A stretch of DNA of 10,844 nucleotides from assembly GCA_964474885.1 (NCBI GenBank), contig CAYYWO010000017.1, forward strand, positions 4,373 through 15,216, in the 5' to 3' direction. Numbering within the stretch: the first letter of the stretch is position 1; every line of letters begins with the position of its first letter. The notes below the pieces were generated by a model. It saw nothing but the letters and a program-made list of their open reading frames with translations, did not search any database and had not been told where the DNA came from. Below are positions 1 through 6,983 of the stretch, piece by piece. The position numbers were made by a program, and so were the translations under genes. The stretch comes from Candidatus Hadarchaeota archaeon. GTDB lineage: Archaea; Hadarchaeota; Hadarchaeia; Hadarchaeales; JAWBSP01.

Positions 1-16
1 GTAATTCGTATAAACA

Positions 17-24
17 TTTAAACA
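17..24 (+). promoter_or_regulatory. Putative archaeal TATA box for the flippase gene (probably leaderless transcript)
   Basis: TTTAAACA at 17-24 in an AT-rich stretch, 20-27 bp upstream of the in-frame GTG at 44. No SD motif is visible before either candidate start. Confidence 0.45.
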
Positions 25-43
25 TGTGAGTCGTGCTCATCTT

Positions 44-1480
44 GTGGAACTCGCCAGAAGGGTAGCGAGGAACGTGGTGTATAACCTTTCGGCAATGGCT
101 GTGGGAAGTGCTTCGGGTCTCTTCCTTGCCGTAATACTCGCGAGAATTCTCAGACCGGAGCAGTTCGGAATATACAGCCTGGCACTGTCAATAGCGATGA
201 TACTAACATCCCTTTCGAGTCTTGGAATAGAAGGGGCAGTAATAAGGTATGTGGCGTATTACTCTGGAATTGGCGATGTCAGGAGAGTTAGAAGTCATTT
301 CAGGTACTTCCTTAAGATAAGGCTTGTTCTCTCGATTCTTATATCCTGTTCGCTCATAGTACTTTCAAAGAACCTTGCAGTAATTTTCAGAAGGGAGGAT
401 CTTGCCCTGCCATTTGCCATAGCCGGTTTGATAGTTTTCTTCTATTCCCTCACAGTCTTCTTCGATTCATTCTTCAGGGGGATTCAGAGGTTCGAGTTCA
501 GCCTGCTAAAGCAGGTCGTTTACGAGGCCTCGAGATGGGCATTCGTGATACCCCTGAGCATGATCTATCTAGCATCAGGTGCACTGCTTGGATACGTAAT
601 ATCCTTTTTCATCTCATCCGCACTTCTGCTCTTCATAATACTATCCAAATACACCGATTTTGTAATTGGGGACACATCTGAAGTTGACAGAAGAGTTGGA
701 GCGTTCATAGGCTTCATGACGATTGCAGGTATAACGGGGATAATGTACGCATATATAGACAGCGTCATGATAGGCTACTTCCTAACGCCAAAGGACGTGG
801 GTTTTTACAGGGCTGCATTTATAATAGTATTTGCGATAATAGAGATAGTTTCATCTTCGAGCGGAGTTCTCTTCCCTGCATTTACTCAGCTCAGCATGGA
901 GGACATAAGGAGGGCTCTTGATAGGATAATGAGGTACACGTCTGCGCTGACATTTCCATCTGTTTTCATCATAATATATCTTGCAGGTGATATAATAAGG
1001 GTCGTGTACGGACACGATTACATGCCATCCGTTAAGCCCATGACTGTTCTTGCCTTCGCACTAATCCCCGGTGCCTTCGGATATCTTGGAACGATATTCA
1101 ACGCAAAGGAAAGACCTGATATATACGCGTGCATAGTTGCGATTAGCATGGCAATAAACGTCTTTCTAAACTTATTCCTCATACCCAGCCTTGGAACAAC
1201 CGGAGCTGCGGTTGCAACTGTTATCTCGAGATTCTTTCTGATAATAGCAGCCATAGTTTTCCTCTGCAGGATTCTCAAGATTGTTCCGAGCTTCAGATCG
1301 ATTCTCAAGCCCCTGATGTCTACGCTCGCAATGGTATCCTTCATCTTCGCAATTCCCGATGAAATAATTTCTTCTCATCTCAAGATAGCAGCAGCATCCG
1401 TCATTTACCTTTCGCTTCTGTTCGCAACAAGGGGTTTGACGGCTGAAGATATAAGGTATCTGAAGGCAATAGTTAAATAA
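44..1480 (+). CDS. Oligosaccharide/polysaccharide flippase (Wzx/AglR-like, MATE/MOP superfamily)
   Basis: Long, highly hydrophobic ORF with about 13-14 TM-like segments. Family motifs: ARNVVYN...ILARILRPEQFGIYSLA, LGIEGAVIRY, IDSVMIGYFL...VGFYRAA, LNLFLIPSLGTTGAAVAT. The ORF track starts at GTG 26; GTG 44 (MELARRVARN) fits the TATA spacing better. Confidence 0.9.
   Translation: MELARRVARNVVYNLSAMAVGSASGLFLAVILARILRPEQFGIYSLALSIAMILTSLSSLGIEGAVIRYVAYYSGIGDVRRVRSHFRYFLKIRLVLSILISCSLIVLSKNLAVIFRREDLALPFAIAGLIVFFYSLTVFFDSFFRGIQRFEFSLLKQVVYEASRWAFVIPLSMIYLASGALLGYVISFFISSALLLFIILSKYTDFVIGDTSEVDRRVGAFIGFMTIAGITGIMYAYIDSVMIGYFLTPKDVGFYRAAFIIVFAIIEIVSSSSGVLFPAFTQLSMEDIRRALDRIMRYTSALTFPSVFIIIYLAGDIIRVVYGHDYMPSVKPMTVLAFALIPGAFGYLGTIFNAKERPDIYACIVAISMAINVFLNLFLIPSLGTTGAAVATVISRFFLIIAAIVFLCRILKIVPSFRSILKPLMSTLAMVSFIFAIPDEIISSHLKIAAASVIYLSLLFATRGLTAEDIRYLKAIVK
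1473..1480 (+). promoter_or_regulatory. Possible internal TATA box overlapping the flippase stop codon, upstream of asnB
   Basis: TTAAATAA lies at -31 to -24 relative to the asnB ATG (1504), and there is no SD motif in 1481-1503. Confidence 0.35.
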
Positions 1481-1503
1481 CATCTGGGTAGTCTGAATTC
1501 TTA

Positions 1504-3423
1504 ATGTGCGGTATTTTCGGATTTTACGGCTTCAGCGATAAAGATCTCCTGATGGATATGAGCAGGATCCTCAGGCATAGAGGTCCAGACGATCGCGGTT
1601 TTTTCCTTGACGATAATCTGGGTATCGGAAACGTAAGGCTTAGCGTAATAGATGTTGAGGGTGGGAGGCAGCCTATATTCAACGAGGACGAATCAATTGT
1701 GGTCGTTTACAACGGGGAGATATACAACTTCAGGGAGCTGAGAAGGGAGCTGGAAGAAAGGGGTCACAGGTTTTACACGAACACAGATACGGAGGTCATA
1801 GTTCACGCGTATGAGGAATGGGGGTTCGACTGCGTCAGGAGATTTAACGGAATGTTCGCATTCGCCCTCTGGGATTCAAACAGGAAGATACTCTTTCTTG
1901 CAAGGGATAGGAGCGGAATAAAGCCTCTTTACTGGACAGTTCACGGAGATAAATTTATATTCGCATCTGAAATAAAGGCTCTGCTTCTTTATCCAGAGAT
2001 AAAGAGGGAGCTTGATCTCCAGGCATTTCACTACTTCATAAACCTTAGATACGTTCCGAAGGATTACACGCTCTTCAGGGGCATAAAGAAGTTACTTGCA
2101 GGGCATTACATCGTTGTGGGAGAGGATGGGATGAGCATAAGGAGGTACTGGAAACCTGTCATAAGCGTTAGGGATTATCCCGAGGGATACCTTGTAAAGA
2201 GACTATTAAAGATTCTGGAGGATTCCGTAAGAAGACATCTCATAAGCGACGTTCCCGTTGGCATATACCTGTCTAGCGGCATAGACAGCTCGACCGTGGC
2301 AGCGATTGCATCGAGGGTAAGCGAGGAACCTGTTAAGACATTCACGCTCGTCTTCGGAGATCCAAGGGATGAGCACGTAGATTCGAGGAGAATTGCCGAG
2401 GAGTTCGGAACGGATCACAGGGAGATACATATAGAGGAGTACAGGCTTCTTAAGGAGTATCCGAAGATGATATGGTACGCGGATATGCCGAAGAGAAACC
2501 TCTACCCCTATTATCTTGCAAGGGGTGTAAGCAGATATGTAAAAGTCGTTTTAAGCGGTCTCGGAAGCGATGAACTTTTCGGGGGATACGACTGGAAGTA
2601 CCAGTATGCTATGAGCGTCGAAAAGCTTAAGGGGTCTCTGAAAGAGAGAATTCATGCCCTGAAATCATATGCACGTGAGATAATCAGGGAGCTTTCGAAT
2701 CACGGATCTCTCGAGGACATAGAGCTTATAAACAGGCTGAAAAAGGTTCTTTTCATTGACAGCAGGGTTGATCTCTACCTGGCCGTTTCAAGTCTTGACG
2801 AGGTCTTTCTCGAGGATTACCTGAGGAATATATACGGTGAAGGCATGAACATCAACGGGCTCAAACCGGTTAGGGACGTGTTTAAAGAGTATTTCGAGGG
2901 AGATGAGGATTTCGTAGATCAGATACTCCTTGCAGATTACAGCGTCAAGCTAGTTGACGATTTTCTGCACGTTGAGGATACCATGTCAATGGCGAATTCG
3001 CTCGAATCCAGGGTTCCTTTTCTGGACTGCGAGCTTGTGGATTTCGCATTCACCATACCAAGTTACATGAAGTTCAACGGTGTAACGAACAAGTACATAC
3101 TTAAGAAGGCGATGATGGGAATTCTTCCGAAGGAGGTAATAAAGAGGGAGAAGAGAGGGTTCGGTGTGAACGTATACCTTAGATTCAAGGATGAGATAAG
3201 AGAATATGCGGAACAGATTCTGCCTGACGGAAATGCAGTGAAGCTGGGTTTGATAAAAAGGGATTACATTGAAAGGGTTTTGAGGACATATCCTCAGCCT
3301 GAGATGGCAAAGCACTACACCCTTTTATGGAACCTGATAACGTTTGAGATATGGTACAAGATGTTCATAGAGAACGATAGGATTGAAAAACCCAAGTTCG
3401 ACATCGATGCGTATATAGGGTGA
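1504..3423 (+). CDS. asnB: Asparagine synthase (glutamine-hydrolysing) family amidotransferase; in this context probably a sugar (uronic acid) amidotransferase
   Basis: N-terminal nucleophile MCGI, plus HRGPD, NGEIYNF, DTEVI, GMFAFALWD and RDRSGIKPL (class II glutaminase domain). Synthetase domain has SDVPVG..LSSGIDSS, SGLGSDELFGGY, MANSLESRVPFLD and KRGF. It lies between a flippase and a nucleotide-sugar enzyme. Confidence 0.92.
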   Translation: MCGIFGFYGFSDKDLLMDMSRILRHRGPDDRGFFLDDNLGIGNVRLSVIDVEGGRQPIFNEDESIVVVYNGEIYNFRELRRELEERGHRFYTNTDTEVIVHAYEEWGFDCVRRFNGMFAFALWDSNRKILFLARDRSGIKPLYWTVHGDKFIFASEIKALLLYPEIKRELDLQAFHYFINLRYVPKDYTLFRGIKKLLAGHYIVVGEDGMSIRRYWKPVISVRDYPEGYLVKRLLKILEDSVRRHLISDVPVGIYLSSGIDSSTVAAIASRVSEEPVKTFTLVFGDPRDEHVDSRRIAEEFGTDHREIHIEEYRLLKEYPKMIWYADMPKRNLYPYYLARGVSRYVKVVLSGLGSDELFGGYDWKYQYAMSVEKLKGSLKERIHALKSYAREIIRELSNHGSLEDIELINRLKKVLFIDSRVDLYLAVSSLDEVFLEDYLRNIYGEGMNINGLKPVRDVFKEYFEGDEDFVDQILLADYSVKLVDDFLHVEDTMSMANSLESRVPFLDCELVDFAFTIPSYMKFNGVTNKYILKKAMMGILPKEVIKREKRGFGVNVYLRFKDEIREYAEQILPDGNAVKLGLIKRDYIERVLRTYPQPEMAKHYTLLWNLITFEIWYKMFIENDRIEKPKFDIDAYIG

Positions 3424-3424
3424 T
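3417..3424 (+). promoter_or_regulatory. Shine-Dalgarno site (AGGGTGAT) overlapping the asnB stop codon
   Basis: AGGGTGAT contains the asnB TGA (3421-3423) and lies just upstream of ATG 3428, consistent with translational coupling. Confidence 0.7.
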
Positions 3425-3427
3425 GTT

Positions 3428-4333
3428 ATGATACTCGTAACAGGTTCGGCCGGGTTCATAGGAAGGAACATAGTTGAAGCTTTGAAGGAAAAGGAGATGG
3501 ATTTCATTGCAACGGACATAGTGGATTCACCCTTCAGGGATGTTGAGTACGTTAAGATTGACATAACGGACAGGAAAAGCGTTTTCGATGTTTTCAGGGA
3601 TTACGACATCGATTTCGTATTCCACCTGGCAGCCCATCCGCTTTCGGAATCTATAAGGGAACCAATGAGAAACGCCATGGTTAACATAATAGGAAGTCTG
3701 AACGTCATGGACGCATCCAGGGAGTTCGGAGTTAAAAAGATAATCTTCTCATCCGCATCCTCGATAGTTGGGGAGGTCATAAGAAATCCGGTTGACGAGG
3801 ATCATCCGTGCAAACCAAAAACTCCTTACGGTGTTGCAAAGTTCTGCATTGAGCACTATCTAAGGGTATATCAGGAACTTTACGGTCTTGACTACGTTAT
3901 ATTCAGGTTCTTCAACGTATACGGACCTTACCAGTATCCCAGCAGCGGAGCACTGATTCCGGTGGTAATGGAGAGGATAATAAGGGGAAAGGAGGTGTTC
4001 GTCTACGGCGACGGGAGAACTGCGAGGGATTTCATATACGTCGGTGACATAGCTGATTTCTACCTGGAAACGGTAAAGAGGGATGTAAAGAATGAGCTTT
4101 TCAACATGGGAACGGGTAAGCTCACGACCGTGATGGAGGTAATAGATCTGATAGCAAAAATCGTAGGGAAGGAACCTAAGATAGTTTACAAGCCAAGAAA
4201 ACCCGGAGAGATAATGAATTTTTCGGCGGATGTCAGCAAGCTCAGGAGGTTCTTTGGAAGGGTGCCGGAGACTACGCTTGAAGACGGTCTTAAGAGGACA
4301 TACGAGTGGTTCAAAAGGAATGTGATATCCTAG
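3428..4333 (+). CDS. NAD-dependent nucleotide-sugar epimerase/dehydratase (extended SDR, GalE/WcaG-like)
   Basis: Rossmann motif ILVTGSAGFIG, FHLAA, catalytic YGVAK (YxxxK), RFFNVYGP, GDG..ARDFIYVGD and FNMGTG. Confidence 0.92.
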   Translation: MILVTGSAGFIGRNIVEALKEKEMDFIATDIVDSPFRDVEYVKIDITDRKSVFDVFRDYDIDFVFHLAAHPLSESIREPMRNAMVNIIGSLNVMDASREFGVKKIIFSSASSIVGEVIRNPVDEDHPCKPKTPYGVAKFCIEHYLRVYQELYGLDYVIFRFFNVYGPYQYPSSGALIPVVMERIIRGKEVFVYGDGRTARDFIYVGDIADFYLETVKRDVKNELFNMGTGKLTTVMEVIDLIAKIVGKEPKIVYKPRKPGEIMNFSADVSKLRRFFGRVPETTLEDGLKRTYEWFKRNVIS

Positions 4334-4338
4334 AAAAA
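4334..4338 (-). terminator. Putative oligo-T terminator between convergent genes
   Basis: The only 5 bp between the two TAG stops are AAAAA, which read TTTTT directly after the aminotransferase stop on the - strand. Confidence 0.35.
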
Positions 4339-5439
4339 CTAACCCGATCTGAGGACATCCCTTATAACCCTGCATATCATCTCCTGCTGATCCTGTGTGA
4401 GCTCGTGATGGAGCGGTAGCGTAAGGGTATTTCTGAAAAGCATCTCGGAGTTCTCAAGGCTTCCGACCTTTTTTACTTCTCTGAATGCAGGTTCGATGTG
4501 CAGACAGTAAGTTCCTATCTGGGTTTCAACTCCAATCCTTGCAAGCTCCTCCCTTATTTTGTCCCTCATTCCATCTTTCTCAACATAGCAAACATAGCTC
4601 TGGAAGTTGTGCCTGGTTCTAGGTCTTACCTCTGGAGGCCTTATACCGTCTATTCCCTCTAGGATCTCCGTATATATCCTCGCCTTCTCAATTCTGATCC
4701 TGATTATATCCTCTATCTTTTCGAGCTGAGCTAATCCTATCGCCGAGAGTATGTCGCTCATCTTGTAATTCGTTCCGAACTCTACGAACCTCACCGAACC
4801 GTTCACATTCCTCATACCGAACCTCTTCAAACTCCTCGCCCTCTCCGCAAGCTCATCTTCATTCGTAGTTATCATTCCACCCTCTCCCGTCGTTATAACC
4901 TTTCTAGGATGAAATGAGAAGCAGGTCATATCTGCCCAAGATCCGACTTTTCTTCCTTCAAGTATCGATCCTGCACTGCACGCAGCATCCTCTATTACGT
5001 AAATCCCGTAATCCCTTCCAAGTTTATACACGTCCTTTTCAAGCGGGTTTCCGAATAGAGAAACGGGTATTATGGCTTTGGTCCTATCGCTCAAAGCCTC
5101 TTCTATAACCTCCGCTTTAACGTTGTAACTGTTCAGATCAACGTCCACGAGAACAGGTTCTGCTCCTACGAGTGCAACGACGGAAGCAGTGACGGGATAT
5201 GTGAAGTCAGGTACTATTACCTCGTCTCCCCTCCCTATTCCAAGAGTTCTCAGGCACAGCTCGAGTGCAGTGCTGCAGGAAGTTGTAGCTATTCCATGCT
5301 TTGCATCGCAGTACTTTGCAAACCTCCTCTCAAACTCCCTTGTAACCTCGCCCTCCGTCAGGAATCTGGATTCTAAAACCTTCCTAACGGCCTCGAACTC
5401 CCTCTCATCTATAAGGGGTCTGGCAAGGTATACCCTCAC
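4339..5439 (-). CDS. DegT/DnrJ/EryC1/StrS-family PLP-dependent nucleotide-sugar aminotransferase
   Basis: Motifs EFERRFA, GIGRGDEVIVPDFTY, TKAIIPV, VIEDAA, FSFHPRKVITTGEGGM (PLP Schiff-base Lys), GTNYKMSDI and LTLPLH. GTG start with a strong SD. Confidence 0.95.
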   Translation of the reverse strand: MRVYLARPLIDEREFEAVRKVLESRFLTEGEVTREFERRFAKYCDAKHGIATTSCSTALELCLRTLGIGRGDEVIVPDFTYPVTASVVALVGAEPVLVDVDLNSYNVKAEVIEEALSDRTKAIIPVSLFGNPLEKDVYKLGRDYGIYVIEDAACSAGSILEGRKVGSWADMTCFSFHPRKVITTGEGGMITTNEDELAERARSLKRFGMRNVNGSVRFVEFGTNYKMSDILSAIGLAQLEKIEDIIRIRIEKARIYTEILEGIDGIRPPEVRPRTRHNFQSYVCYVEKDGMRDKIREELARIGVETQIGTYCLHIEPAFREVKKVGSLENSEMLFRNTLTLPLHHELTQDQQEMICRVIRDVLRSG

Positions 5440-5441
5440 GC

Positions 5442-5450
5442 GATCACCTC
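5442..5450 (-). promoter_or_regulatory. Shine-Dalgarno site GAGGTGATC for the aminotransferase
   Basis: Plus strand gatcacctc reads GAGGTGATC on -, immediately upstream of GTG 5439. Confidence 0.8.
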
Positions 5451-5494
5451 TTCCCTCAAAGGTAAGATGAATTGAAATAGCTTTCGAACTTCTT

Positions 5495-5504
5495 GAAAAA
5501 GAGA
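5495..5504 (-). terminator. Putative pyrimidine/oligo-T terminator after the dockerin-protein gene
   Basis: TCTCTTTTTC on the - strand about 20-30 bp downstream of the TGA at 5525. Confidence 0.4.
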
Positions 5505-5524
5505 TGGTAATCGAAATTTCAACT

Positions 5525-6964
5525 TCAGAGTTCGCTTATCTTACCGAGCATGTAATAAGCTATCCTCGCAAGATCTCCTATGTCCACCCTTCCGTTCCCG
5601 TTGAAATCTGCCCTTAGATCCTGAGGATACTTCCCCACGACTATAAACGCAACATAGGCCGTGTCGGCTATGTCAACCTTTCCGTTTCTGTTGAAATCAC
5701 CGCTTTTTACAACCTTCCATCCGGTCAATATATAGATCGCACTGTATACCGGCGGCAGAGGTGGAAGTCTTATGCCCTTCCCCTGCTCCGGAATCGGTGT
5801 CGTCAGGTAATTGACGAAATCATCGCGCTGCTCTTTCACATAAACCTCTTTACCGCTAACGTTTAAATGAGATTCGAGCTCTTTCAGTTCATCCCTGCAG
5901 TACTTGTAAATCTTCAGAGATTTCTCGTCTATTCCCTCAACCTCATCCTCGTAGAACCTTATGCATATGATGGAATCCTCTATTGATCTCACAACCTGCT
6001 CACTCATAGCAACTGACAGATATCTTATGATCTCAAGATTCTTCCTCTCCAGCTCCTTTTTTATTTCATAGGGTAAGTTCTTGCCAACTATGAGATGCAT
6101 TTGACCTTCCGTCTTATTTAAAAACCTTAACACAATGCTGAACTCCTTTCCGTCCTCCACATAAATGAGATCTTTTCCCATAACAGTCGGACGAACGATT
6201 TCGGAGAAGTGCTTCACCTTGTCCACGTCGACTATTGCGAATCCCTCGTTTGAGCTTGCATCGTAAGCTCTGACTGCTATGCTGTAGAGACCCGTTCTGT
6301 AAGCGTATATATAACCGCGAATGTGCTTATACGATTCGTTGCCGGAGGCGTTCAGATAGATCTCGGATAAGTTCCCCATAATATAGCATACATTTCTCCA
6401 GCCAAATCCGCACTCTATAATTCCCTTACCGTTAAATAAAACTTCGACCCGAACGTTTTTCAGTACCATCTCATCGTAGACTTCTATATCGACTTCAAGC
6501 CTGTCCTCCTCAGTCCTTCCCCTAGGCTTGTTTATCTCTATCCTGGGAGGACTTCTGTCCCTTATGTCTATGGATTTAACCTTTACATTCCCATTCTCGT
6601 CAACGTATGTCACGTAAGCGTATTCATCTAGAGATATGTCCGGACTACGTGCGTTTTCTATTGTGACATGCTTCACAACCCTATCTTTGCAAATTCTCAT
6701 GTACAGGACATCACTACCGCTCTCAAACACCACGTTTGCACATCCCTCTCTATCTATCTCCAGCTTCGGATTCTTACCCTCTCCCAGAACGATCTCGATG
6801 ACCTTGTTGTTGTTCTTCCAAACGCTATAGCAGATATTTCCGTCAACCTCTTCAACCAAGTATATTTTACCCTTGTAATACCTCATCTCAAGACCTAAAG
6901 CTGGGGATAACGTGAGGGCTAATGTTAGAAGAATGAAAACCGTTATCGGAAGATATCCCCTCAT
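5525..6964 (-). CDS. Secreted modular protein with C-terminal type I dockerin (signal peptide, about 3 beta-propeller-like blades, Ig-like domain, PGF-pre-PGF-like domain, dockerin)
   Basis: Sec signal MRGYLPITVFILLTLALTLSPALG|. Ig-like signature DRSPPRIEINKP...YSIAVRAYDASSNEG. Segment ICIRFYEDEVEGIDEKSLKIYKY resembles archaeal surface domains. Duplicated Ca-loop/helix GDFNRNGKVDIADTAYVA / ADFNGNGRVDIGDLARIA at the C-terminus. SD present. Confidence 0.85.
   Translation of the reverse strand: MRGYLPITVFILLTLALTLSPALGLEMRYYKGKIYLVEEVDGNICYSVWKNNNKVIEIVLGEGKNPKLEIDREGCANVVFESGSDVLYMRICKDRVVKHVTIENARSPDISLDEYAYVTYVDENGNVKVKSIDIRDRSPPRIEINKPRGRTEEDRLEVDIEVYDEMVLKNVRVEVLFNGKGIIECGFGWRNVCYIMGNLSEIYLNASGNESYKHIRGYIYAYRTGLYSIAVRAYDASSNEGFAIVDVDKVKHFSEIVRPTVMGKDLIYVEDGKEFSIVLRFLNKTEGQMHLIVGKNLPYEIKKELERKNLEIIRYLSVAMSEQVVRSIEDSIICIRFYEDEVEGIDEKSLKIYKYCRDELKELESHLNVSGKEVYVKEQRDDFVNYLTTPIPEQGKGIRLPPLPPVYSAIYILTGWKVVKSGDFNRNGKVDIADTAYVAFIVVGKYPQDLRADFNGNGRVDIGDLARIAYYMLGKISEL
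5528..5701 (-). repeat. Dockerin type I duplicated motif (aa 422-479)
   Basis: Two D-F-N-x-N-G-x-V-D-I-x-D motifs 30 aa apart. At DNA level, 5578-5608 and 5668-5698 match at 27 of 31 nt, 90 bp apart. Confidence 0.9.
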
Positions 6965-6969
6965 ACAAC

Positions 6970-6977
6970 ATCACCCT
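6970..6977 (-). promoter_or_regulatory. Shine-Dalgarno site AGGGTGAT for the dockerin protein
   Basis: Plus strand atcaccct within the 19-bp gap between the two - strand genes. Confidence 0.75.
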
Positions 6978-6983
6978 TGTGCC

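Noticed and set aside
1504-3423. AsnB homologue as a lasso-peptide cyclase or other RiPP enzyme
   Set aside because: It retains the Cys2 glutaminase domain, and no precursor peptide, RRE or B-type protease is nearby. The context is glycan biosynthesis.
565-4375. Minus-strand ORFs at 565-768, 1018-1344, 1172-1483, 2206-2430, 2986-3315, 3325-3564 and 3860-4375
   Set aside because: Antisense shadows of well-supported + strand genes, with no recognisable motifs.
5600-5698. GTTGAAATC repeated 90 bp apart (also GTTGAAAT on - at 5516-5523), resembling the start of some archaeal CRISPR repeats
   Set aside because: The two copies are the GAT-TTC-AAC (D-F-N) codons of the duplicated dockerin motif. 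There is no array of identical repeats with spacers and no cas genes.
6965-6983. Classical small immunity gene directly after the toxin-like C-terminus
   Set aside because: Only 19 bp separate the genes, so a standard polymorphic toxin-immunity layout is not seen. This weakens, but does not exclude, the toxin hypothesis.
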